Below, piece by piece: positions 1-8,180 of a stretch of 64,000 nt of DNA. Positions within the stretch are counted from its first letter, which is position 1. Each line of letters begins with the position of its first letter. The notes under the pieces are model-generated. The model had not been told where the DNA came from. It searched no databases and was given only the letters and a program-made list of their open reading frames with translations. Origin of the DNA: an uncultured Methanosarcinales archaeon (GTDB taxonomy: Archaea; Nanobdellota; Nanobdellia; Woesearchaeales; CAXGTL01); NCBI GenBank assembly GCA_964535955.1, contig CAZHVK010000009.1:1-64000 (forward strand), in the 5' to 3' direction. Made by a program: the position numbers and the translations under genes.

Positions 1-55
1 TCTCAGGACTCAGTTGTTTTGCTTGTTCTAGTATAGAAATTTCATTTTCTGACAT
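1..55 (-). CDS. 5' fragment of a hypothetical protein running off the window edge
   Basis: ATG at 55 with GAGGTGA SD upstream; frame open to the edge (MSENEISILEQAKQLSPE). Confidence 0.45.
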   Translation of the reverse strand, partial: MSENEISILEQAKQLSPE

Positions 56-113
56 TTTTCATTCACCTCATAATTATAATTATATATAAATTCAGAACCA
101 GATTTATAAATAT

Positions 114-962
114 TTATGTGCTCAAGAACAACTTCTTCCTCAAAACCCCAACAAAGAACTTCTCAGCAGGTTCTTCATATACCATTGGAAATGTATACCT
201 AGATAACCAACCAAATTCATTCTCAACTTTTTTATGTTCTTCCAACAATTTCATACCATGAACAGCTTTATCATGAAACCATTGACTAACATGATCAACA
301 TCTCTTAACTTATCCTTACACAAATCATACTTCTCAAACTCTTCTTTAGAAATATTAATATAACCATTATCATAATCTTCTTCATAATCTCTAAGATCAT
401 AATAAATCCTTGTAGCTTGTGCTAATGGAATAAGAAGTTCATATTTTCCAATATCTTCACCCCATAATTTAAGACAAGATCTCACTGTTCCATGAATATC
501 AAGCATATGAAAATGATATTGTAATTGTTCATGAGAAAATATTTCTTTACTACCATATCTTTCAGAATCAAATAATAATGATTTCATGATTTCTACTGAT
601 TCTTGTTCAAAATTACAATTAAACTTTGAACCAAGATGATCACACCAGTTAATTAATTGTTCTATTGTGTCTCTTGCAGTAGGACGAAGATATGATTTTA
701 TCTTAGTATAATTTATCTTTCTATGAATATATTCTGATGGTGTAAAACCATTAGGTGGATTAATATCTCTATCAGCAACATCATCCAGATACCTCATAAG
801 AATATAATATGATATCAAAAACCTAGACCTTTGCTCTGCTTCAGACCCAAACCTTAATAATCCTGGCCAAAAACTTGTTCTTAGTTGATTAACAAATTTT
901 TCATACTTTTCTCTTCTTGAACAAAGCATGTTGTTAAAGACTAATTCTTGTAATGATTTCAT
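114..962 (-). CDS. Squalene/phytoene synthase-like (head-to-head isoprenoid synthase fold) protein
   Basis: Two Asp-rich motifs, RYLDDVAD and DLRDYEEDYDNGYINI, at family-typical spacing. Confidence 0.7.
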   Translation of the reverse strand: MKSLQELVFNNMLCSRREKYEKFVNQLRTSFWPGLLRFGSEAEQRSRFLISYYILMRYLDDVADRDINPPNGFTPSEYIHRKINYTKIKSYLRPTARDTIEQLINWCDHLGSKFNCNFEQESVEIMKSLLFDSERYGSKEIFSHEQLQYHFHMLDIHGTVRSCLKLWGEDIGKYELLIPLAQATRIYYDLRDYEEDYDNGYINISKEEFEKYDLCKDKLRDVDHVSQWFHDKAVHGMKLLEEHKKVENEFGWLSRYTFPMVYEEPAEKFFVGVLRKKLFLST

Positions 963-1564
963 TTCTTCTCCATAATCAATACCAATCTTTTATGAGTATG
1001 TTTCCCGCGTTGATCTTTTTCAGAATAATTATCAATCGTCTGCTTCTTTATCCTAAAATACTTACAAAATTCATCAAGGATAGAATCATGATTCATATGT
1101 TCTTTAATATTACAAGACTTTTCATAATTAGTTTCTTCAAACATCACAATGTAAGCCATCTTCCCAGGCTTCAAAACCCTTGCCAATTCTTTAGCACTCT
1201 TTACCAGATCAGTACTTTGCATAACATACCCAGAATAAATAGCATCAAATTTTTCATCACTATAAACCAATTTTTCTAAATCATCAATTGTAAAAGTTAT
1301 ATCAAGCCCTCTTTTCTCAGCTTCAGCCCTAGCTTTACCAATCGCAACCTTTGAAATATCAACTCCATATACTTTAAACCCTTGTTCAGCTAAATAAAAA
1401 CAATCTCTTCCACTACCACAACCAGCATCTAAAACCTTGCCACTTACCATTTCAGCAAACTTCACACAATTACTAGACGGTCTATCATATTCCCAGTGTG
1501 CTCCATTTTCATACTCTTTGTCCCAGTTATGTGTCATGTTCACTACCTGACTTATACTCTTCAT
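959..1564 (-). CDS. Class I SAM-dependent methyltransferase
   Basis: VLDAGCGSGR motif I, GVDIS, FDAI, LARVLKPG. Confidence 0.9.
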   Translation of the reverse strand: MKSISQVVNMTHNWDKEYENGAHWEYDRPSSNCVKFAEMVSGKVLDAGCGSGRDCFYLAEQGFKVYGVDISKVAIGKARAEAEKRGLDITFTIDDLEKLVYSDEKFDAIYSGYVMQSTDLVKSAKELARVLKPGKMAYIVMFEETNYEKSCNIKEHMNHDSILDEFCKYFRIKKQTIDNYSEKDQRGKHTHKRLVLIMEKK

Positions 1565-1889
1565 ACATTTGTCTTAACTTCTTAACCTGGTCTTCCATAT
1601 ACTCAAGTTCTTCTTCAAAAACATCAGGATTCTTCTGCATAATCTCTGTTGTTTCACTAGAATAAACACTCATCTCATCAACAGTATTCCCATAATGAAG
1701 ATACATCATCTTTTCACTAGAATGCAGCATCTTATGTATTTTTATATCTCCATCAAAATCCACTAAATTTCTTCTACCAAGACTTAGAGCAACCTTTAGT
1801 TTATCAGCAAATTCCTCTTTATTCTCAAACAATTTATCAATACTATCCATCCAAAACGTCACAGTTGTCAAATATCCCATTTTCATCAA
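1527..1889 (-). CDS. Hypothetical protein
   Basis: ORF in an overlapping minus-strand gene run. Confidence 0.6.
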   Translation of the reverse strand: MMKMGYLTTVTFWMDSIDKLFENKEEFADKLKVALSLGRRNLVDFDGDIKIHKMLHSSEKMMYLHYGNTVDEMSVYSSETTEIMQKNPDVFEEELEYMEDQVKKLRQMYEEYKSGSEHDT

Positions 1890-2179
1890 CCTCTTTGCTC
1901 AACAACTCTTTCTAAAACACTTATTTCTGGTTTTTTACAATAATTATTTCCTTTTTCTACTTCTATTTGAACAGCTGCTTTTATTGCATCTAAATCATCA
2001 CGAGGAATTTCTTGATTATTAAATCCAATATAATCAGCAGTAGTCTCAACTTTTACACCATCTATATGAGACCAACCACACCATTCTCTAAAAGCATATC
2101 TTCCTTGTTTATGTCTGTCACAATCATCAAGTCCATTTGGACCATCATCACAATATTTACAAAATTCTTTTATTTTCAT
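1886..2179 (-). CDS. Small Cys-containing hypothetical protein
   Basis: GGAGG SD, ATGA overlap with next gene, CxxC near N-terminus. Confidence 0.6.
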   Translation of the reverse strand: MKIKEFCKYCDDGPNGLDDCDRHKQGRYAFREWCGWSHIDGVKVETTADYIGFNNQEIPRDDLDAIKAAVQIEVEKGNNYCKKPEISVLERVVEQRG

Positions 2180-2192
2180 TTTTCATTCCCTC

Positions 2193-3062
2193 CTAACTTA
2201 AACACTTCTTCACATACTTAAAGATTTTATCTGCAAATAATTCAGCATATGCTTCATCATTATGATTATCAATATGATAAACAGTATTTTTGTCCATACC
2301 GCGATATAACCTGCACACATTTTCTCTTATTTGCCTCCCTAATAACTCATGTGGTAATAATGTACTTTTAGATCTTCCTTGTTTATGCACTTTGGCTTTG
2401 TCATAAAGATTCCTTATACTAAGATATTTCCATTTAAGAAAATTTTTTAGATAGTCTTCACTTATATCCATGACACCTGATGCTAAATGCAATAAACCTT
2501 CAGCATAATCCCCTTTTGCAATCTCTTGTTCTTTTTTGCTTCCTGTTGGATCCCAATTAAAAGGCCCAGACACAAAATTCACACCAAATTGTTCACACCA
2601 ATTATCAAAATCACCATATTCCTTCCTGCTACTCATCTGATCCAATGTAAAATACATCAAGTCAGGAAGCGACCAAAGACTTCCCCCTTTAACATATTCA
2701 GTTGTGTTTACAGCACAATCAATAAGATCTTTTATACCTTGGTCAAAGTATGGCTTAGCTTTTTTAAGATCTTTATTTCTAAAATTTTTCTCAGCCATAC
2801 GAAGATTAAACACACCTTTATAAAACATAACTTCAGCAGACTTAGGCATATGTTCAGCAGCATAATTAAACACATCTTCAAGATAAACATCCAGATTAGG
2901 AATTTCTTCTTTTTGTGTTTTAGACCTTACAAATAATGTATTTGATAGCTCAGACAGCTTATCAGATGTTGACGCCTCAATACAGCCCATGCCTTTCATT
3001 ATACTTTCTAGATTTTTCATAAATATTTTTTCAACAGAAACTTGTTTTTCTTTTTCTTGCAT
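2193..3062 (-). CDS. Hypothetical protein, possible TPR-like helices
   Basis: 289-aa ORF with SD and upstream TATA. Confidence 0.65.
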   Translation of the reverse strand: MQEKEKQVSVEKIFMKNLESIMKGMGCIEASTSDKLSELSNTLFVRSKTQKEEIPNLDVYLEDVFNYAAEHMPKSAEVMFYKGVFNLRMAEKNFRNKDLKKAKPYFDQGIKDLIDCAVNTTEYVKGGSLWSLPDLMYFTLDQMSSRKEYGDFDNWCEQFGVNFVSGPFNWDPTGSKKEQEIAKGDYAEGLLHLASGVMDISEDYLKNFLKWKYLSIRNLYDKAKVHKQGRSKSTLLPHELLGRQIRENVCRLYRGMDKNTVYHIDNHNDEAYAELFADKIFKYVKKCLS

Positions 3063-3170
3063 TTTGTATCATCCCCCATAATTATAAACAAAAAACCCAA
3101 AACACTTTAAAAGCATTATTATACTCTAATATATATAATATTTATATATAAGACCATACATCTAAATAAT

Positions 3171-3491
3171 ATGCAATACAATACAGACATAGAAAACTAT
3201 TGGATAAAAATCACAGGCACAACAGATGAAATAAGACAAGTGATAATAGCATTAGATAAAGTCATTACACGCGGAAATGAATATTCTCAACTTGAAAAAG
3301 ACCTGAACAATTTAAAAAACATTACAAAAGAAAAGAGTTTTGCTTTCAACTTATATGAAAAGATACATTATGATAAGAATTCAATTACATATCTAACAGA
3401 TGCAACATTGTCAGCAAGACCTTCATGGTTTGTAATTGTTCAACAACATTTTGACAAAGCATTGTTGTTGTTAAACAAAGACCAAGATTAA
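3171..3491 (+). CDS. Hypothetical protein
   Basis: ORF downstream of a TTTATATA box. Confidence 0.55.
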   Translation: MQYNTDIENYWIKITGTTDEIRQVIIALDKVITRGNEYSQLEKDLNNLKNITKEKSFAFNLYEKIHYDKNSITYLTDATLSARPSWFVIVQQHFDKALLLLNKDQD

Positions 3492-3512
3492 TCAAACCAA
3501 AAAAGAACACAA

Positions 3513-3761
3513 TCACCTCAAAGTATTTACATAATTAATCATCATCAACACAAGCTCTTTTTTATCATGTCTAACAGTTGGATGTATATCCTGTAAATAA
3601 CATACCAATGTTTCGTATTTCTCAGGCATTTGCTCCATATCTTCTATCTTATTCCTAAGTTCATCAAGAAGAAATTGTTCTGGTTTGTCAGGATCATTTT
3701 TCCAAACATGTTTATTAACAAAATCATAAAGTACTAATGGATCTCTCATTATCTGATTCAT
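3513..3761 (-). CDS. Hypothetical protein
   Basis: 82-aa ORF with upstream TATA. Confidence 0.5.
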   Translation of the reverse strand: MNQIMRDPLVLYDFVNKHVWKNDPDKPEQFLLDELRNKIEDMEQMPEKYETLVCYLQDIHPTVRHDKKELVLMMINYVNTLR

Positions 3762-3804
3762 ATAAGAAAAAAAGAAGTAAATAGAATATATAAATATTTA
3801 TATT

Positions 3805-3858
3805 TTATAATAATCCCTTAAGCAAATCAATGACATTCCAATCCATAACTTCTTTCAT
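3805..3858 (-). pseudogene. 17-codon remnant at the expected HEPN partner position
   Basis: ATGA-coupled to the MNT stop; MKEVMDWNVIDLLKGLL*. Confidence 0.35.
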
Positions 3859-4361
3859 TCTATCTTTAAAAAACCTCTTAATTTTATTCCATTTACAATA
3901 TTATTAAACAATTCAGATGATAATCTCATTATATTTGGTTCAAAAAAAAGGTTTATCTTATGTTTAAGTTTTTTCTCATACTTCATTAGATCAATCTCTC
4001 TCTCTCTTGCCTGTACAAATATATCAATATCACTTTTTTTATCATATTCTGCTTTTGCAAATGAACCGAATAGAATAATGCATTTGGGGTGTAATTCTTG
4101 TTCTAAATAATCTGTTAATTTAATTTTTATAAGTTTTTCAAGAAACTCCTGCCTTTTATAAAACCTATATATCTCAGATGTTTCATTTGCTCTAAAACTT
4201 GGAAAAACCTCTTTTTTTTCTTTGATTATTATCTTTTCTTTCAAAAGTTTATTTATGCGATAACTGACAGTTGTCTTAGGGATCTTTATTTGTTTAGCAA
4301 TACCTCTAATATGAAAGTCTTTTGTAGGATATTCAAAAAATAAGTTTAGTATTTGTCCCAT
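3855..4361 (-). CDS. HTH-fused minimal nucleotidyltransferase (MNT antitoxin type)
   Basis: N-terminal HTH; LFGSFAK...SDIDIFV nucleotidyltransferase motif. Confidence 0.85.
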   Translation of the reverse strand: MGQILNLFFEYPTKDFHIRGIAKQIKIPKTTVSYRINKLLKEKIIIKEKKEVFPSFRANETSEIYRFYKRQEFLEKLIKIKLTDYLEQELHPKCIILFGSFAKAEYDKKSDIDIFVQAREREIDLMKYEKKLKHKINLFFEPNIMRLSSELFNNIVNGIKLRGFLKIE

Positions 4362-4427
4362 TTTCTAGTACAATTGTACTATATGTTAGGACATATATTT
4401 AAATCTTTCTATAATTCTAAGAAAACT

Positions 4428-4745
4428 TCACCCAACAATCTGTTCAAGATTACCAGCCAAAGACTTCAACTCTTTTGCCAAAGTATTTTCTTTATTCAAT
4501 TGTTTACCATTACCTATCTCTCTCAACTTTTTAGCCATAAAAGCAATAGGCACTCTTCTTCTACCATTTGCTCCATAAAAACCAGTAACAGAATTTATAC
4601 AATCAACAATATCATCTCTAAGTTCTTCATACTTTACATCAGATTCATGATCAGATGTCTTATACATGTTTTCTAATCCTTCCAAATAATGATTTACAAC
4701 AAGTGTAACTTTTGGATTAAGTTTATTTGTTTCTAATTCAATCAT
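4428..4745 (-). CDS. Hypothetical protein
   Basis: ORF with SD-like GTGA and TATA upstream. Confidence 0.55.
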   Translation of the reverse strand: MIELETNKLNPKVTLVVNHYLEGLENMYKTSDHESDVKYEELRDDIVDCINSVTGFYGANGRRRVPIAFMAKKLREIGNGKQLNKENTLAKELKSLAGNLEQIVG

Positions 4746-4868
4746 TTTGTATCACTCACTTAATATATACATACAGAAACCAAACCACATTTATAAGCAT
4801 TTCTAGTCATCACTATATAAAAGTCATACCCCCAAAGTTTATATACTAAAATCTACACCAAAACTAAA

Positions 4869-5219
4869 ATGTCAAAAAAATCAAACTTAGAAAAATTCAT
4901 ACAAAAAGAAAACAAAAAATGGAGGATCAATCTTAAAAGAATAGTCTTAGACAGATTCAATGAATTCTATGACAGGGTTGAAAATGAAATACATATTGAA
5001 GAAAACTACAGAGACCATAATCTAGATGTTTATTACATAATCACAAAACATAAAAAACAAAATCTAGCATACAAATGCCATGATTGTAATAAAATAATAG
5101 TAAACATACCATTTCTAAAACCAATCATAGACACATCACCTAGACTAGAAAAACAAGAAACTAGATTACAATGGTATTGTATAAACTGCAACACAAACCT
5201 AGGCCAAGAATATTTCTAA
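4869..5219 (+). CDS. Zn-ribbon protein (CxxC...CxxC), similar to 6126..6446
   Basis: AYKCHDCNKII ... WYCINC. Confidence 0.65.
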   Translation: MSKKSNLEKFIQKENKKWRINLKRIVLDRFNEFYDRVENEIHIEENYRDHNLDVYYIITKHKKQNLAYKCHDCNKIIVNIPFLKPIIDTSPRLEKQETRLQWYCINCNTNLGQEYF

Positions 5220-5977
5220 GATCTATTATATTTTTTTTTAAAGTGCATAGGAACAATATATTGAAGTTCGTTTAAAACAATTTCATTGATATTCTGCACA
5301 TGATATCTCATATGATCAAGGGTATTTTTATTATTAACATTATTACTGTTCATCCTATACGATAGGTTTCTATGCCATTCACCTGTCTCAAAAAAAAATG
5401 CTAAGTCAATTCCTTTTGAATGATAATCATTTTCATCACAGTAAAGCAAAGTATCTGTAACCAAAAATAGATTATTTCTAGGTATCTTAGGAAACTTTGC
5501 AGCAGCTAACCCTGTCATAATTCCTTTTGCATAATGTTGTCCATATGCATATCCTCCGCTTCCCCACCAATGAAACTCTCCTTGTTCAGTAACTTTGCCA
5601 TTATCACGTGTTTGATACATTCTTAATTTATTATTTATGACAGCTGCAAATGTGAAATGTATTTGACTATTATGCTTCTGATTTTTATACTTCTTTATTA
5701 AAGCATGTAATTCTCCAAAGTATCCTTGTTGCAATCTGTGTTTTACTTCTTTTGCAGTACTTGGTTCTTGAAGAGCTTTTATAAAAGCCCAGACATCATT
5801 ATTGATCATCCCAGAATGTGCAAATGCATAATTTCCTTTATTTATAAAGAGTTTTTCAGATTTAAAAAGTATCTTAGTGTCTAGATTTGTAGTAGCAACA
5901 TCAGTAGCTAGAATAATTCCTTCTAAGGTTCTTCTACCATCACGAAATATACATTTTGCACCTACTATTGATGTCAT
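5216..5977 (-). CDS. Proteasome-beta/HslV-like Ntn-hydrolase
   Basis: Likely start MTSIVG exposes Thr1; GIILATD, S.KL, AHSG, WGSGG motifs. Confidence 0.65.
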   Translation of the reverse strand: MTSIVGAKCIFRDGRRTLEGIILATDVATTNLDTKILFKSEKLFINKGNYAFAHSGMINNDVWAFIKALQEPSTAKEVKHRLQQGYFGELHALIKKYKNQKHNSQIHFTFAAVINNKLRMYQTRDNGKVTEQGEFHWWGSGGYAYGQHYAKGIMTGLAAAKFPKIPRNNLFLVTDTLLYCDENDYHSKGIDLAFFFETGEWHRNLSYRMNSNNVNNKNTLDHMRYHVQNINEIVLNELQYIVPMHFKKKYNRS

Positions 5978-6125
5978 AATTATAAGGTAATCTATAATCA
6001 CTTATTAAATTAATGACAAATAACTCGGAAATATTACGAAATCATCAACAAAATATTAAAAATTCCCTAATAATCACGACCAGACAACATAAATATTTAT
6101 TAATCCTCAAAACACCCTTCTATAT

Positions 6126-6446
6126 ATGATAGAGTCAGAAATAACAGACTTTTTATTTAAATGGAAAAACATACCATTTGATCTAATTGGTAACATATTT
6201 GACACAGAACAAGAATTACTAGATAATTTTCCTTCAAAAACTATTTTTGAGCAAGCATCATCAATAGGCAGTATTGGTGATCTTTCTTGTGATATCTATG
6301 CTGTAAAAAGCAAACTAGACAAAATTCTTGATTATTTTGTTGGTTACAAATGCAATTATTGTGAAAAGTCAATCATTGGCATGCCAGACAGAATAAAGGG
6401 TATTTATTATTGCCATAGGTGTAAATATTCTTTTGGAACATTTTAA
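6126..6446 (+). CDS. Zn-ribbon protein, similar to 4869..5219
   Basis: GYKCNYCEKSII ... YYCHRC. Confidence 0.65.
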   Translation: MIESEITDFLFKWKNIPFDLIGNIFDTEQELLDNFPSKTIFEQASSIGSIGDLSCDIYAVKSKLDKILDYFVGYKCNYCEKSIIGMPDRIKGIYYCHRCKYSFGTF

Positions 6447-6471
6447 TTAAGAATTATTTAATTTTAGGAAA

Positions 6472-7035
6472 TCATTTAATATACATTTCCTCAACACAAT
6501 CGCAATATGTGATTGCTTGTTCAATTCTCTTTATTCTTCTATTGATTCTTACAATAGACCTATTCACGCTTTTAGAAGGTTCTTGACCAAGCATTTTTTC
6601 AAAATTAACCATTTCTTCTATACTACCTTTTATTGATTTATATATTGATATGAATGAATCAAACACATCTCTCATCTTTGTTATTTCTTCTTCTGTAGGT
6701 TTTCTTATCTGTTCTCCTTCTCCTTTGTCATCTTTTGTCTTGTATTCTTTTCTTTTTTGTTCTACTTCTTTTTCCTGATTTCCTTTTTCTTCTTTGTTTT
6801 CTCTTTTCTTTTCTTCTTCATACTTTACATATTCATCAATAACATCTGTATATTCATCAAAAATCCTATCAAAATATTTTTCCAAAATACCCAAACTAGT
6901 ATGTGTAGAACCCATATAAACATCAAACCTATACAATCCTTGATTTAGAATTATACTTTTTTCTTGTTCTTCTTTAGTTAAAATTTTATTGTTTTCTACT
7001 ATTTTATTGATTAATTTCTCAAGATCTTTATTCAT
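6472..7035 (-). CDS. Coiled-coil hypothetical protein
   Basis: 187-aa charged helical ORF. Confidence 0.6.
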   Translation of the reverse strand: MNKDLEKLINKIVENNKILTKEEQEKSIILNQGLYRFDVYMGSTHTSLGILEKYFDRIFDEYTDVIDEYVKYEEEKKRENKEEKGNQEKEVEQKRKEYKTKDDKGEGEQIRKPTEEEITKMRDVFDSFISIYKSIKGSIEEMVNFEKMLGQEPSKSVNRSIVRINRRIKRIEQAITYCDCVEEMYIK

Positions 7036-7144
7036 AATATCCCTGTATACAAACCAGGTTAATAAAATCTCTTATATATGTTTCGCAAAAATTACGAAAA
7101 AAACAACAACCTTTATATACACTTTCTTTATAAATAATATTATT

Positions 7145-7423
7145 ATGGTAGATCATGAAAATGGATTTGGAACTGCAAGTTTGATTATTGGTATTCTAAG
7201 TTTGCTTATACTTATTCCTTACTTAGGATATCTTATAGCAATTATTGCATTACCAATAATTACTATTGTTTTTGCAGTAGTACAAAAAAAGGGAAAACCA
7301 ACAGGTCAAGCAACAGCTGGATTAGTATTAGGTATTATTAGTATTGTATTGATGGTCTTGTTTATTATGCTGGCATTTGCATTTATTGCAACACTGATGT
7401 CAACAATGTCAACAATGTACTGA
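7145..7423 (+). CDS. Small membrane protein (DUF4190-like)
   Basis: ASLIIGILS ... G.ATAGLVLGII pattern; start at MVDHE. Confidence 0.65.
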   Translation: MVDHENGFGTASLIIGILSLLILIPYLGYLIAIIALPIITIVFAVVQKKGKPTGQATAGLVLGIISIVLMVLFIMLAFAFIATLMSTMSTMY

Positions 7424-7454
7424 TTTAAAACAGTGTTTGCATAAAACCTAAGAA

Positions 7455-7889
7455 CTAGTTTACATACTTATTATACTTCTCAGCAATGTCTTCTAGTTTT
7501 TTGATATACATACCTATATCTTGTGCAGCTTGATATAATGATTCTGGCAATACCAAATTATTTTTGCTTGCATTTTGGATAGTATTTAACAATTGTGAAT
7601 TTTCTTTTCTGTAAGAATCAAGCATAGAATTACATTTTTCATTCATTTCAATTATTATTTCCTTAGCTTTTTCTCTTTGTGATGGATCATCTTGTATCAT
7701 TTTTTCTAACATGGCATATGCTTGTGTCAATTCACTAACAACTGGTTTAATTCTATCTGTAACATCCAACATTTCTTTAGATTTATTATCAAGATTATCT
7801 AGTTCTGCTCCAATTTGTGCAAGATAATCATTTATTTTATTAAATACCATACACCTATGTAACAAACACTTGTTTATAACTATTTTCAA
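7455..7889 (-). CDS. Coiled-coil hypothetical protein
   Basis: Helical ORF; true start probably at MVFNK. Confidence 0.55.
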   Translation of the reverse strand: MKIVINKCLLHRCMVFNKINDYLAQIGAELDNLDNKSKEMLDVTDRIKPVVSELTQAYAMLEKMIQDDPSQREKAKEIIIEMNEKCNSMLDSYRKENSQLLNTIQNASKNNLVLPESLYQAAQDIGMYIKKLEDIAEKYNKYVN

Positions 7890-7922
7890 AATATTTTCGT
7901 GATAATCCTATTACCTTTTCCC

Positions 7923-8098
7923 GGCTTCATCCAAAATATCCGTCTGTGATGTCAGAAACCATAGGTTTCTGAGCATGCTCAGAAATGCTTTGCATTTCTG
8001 ACACATCGATGCCTGAGATGCCATAGGCATTGATGGCATGGCCAGATGAAGCTTTTGAGCATAGCGAAAAAGCGGAATAGGATTTTTTGGATGGAGCA
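7923..8098 (+). mobile_element. MITE-like family A copy 1, carrying a double-hairpin module
   Basis: Ends GGCTTCATCCAAAA / TTTTGGATGGAGCA; flanks CCTTTTCCC / CCTTTTTCC; homologous to 24043 and 34325 copies. Confidence 0.75.
7950..8003. repeat. 54-bp TGTCA...TGACA double-hairpin module
   Basis: TCAGAAACC-ATA-GGTTTCTGA, GCATGC, TCAGAAATGC-TTT-GCATTTCTGA. Confidence 0.9.
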
Positions 8099-8180
8099 CC
8101 TTTTTCCAAAACATTTATATATAAAGATTCTATTATTATAGCTATGATGATATGCACTGATTGAAATAGGGGAACTATTA

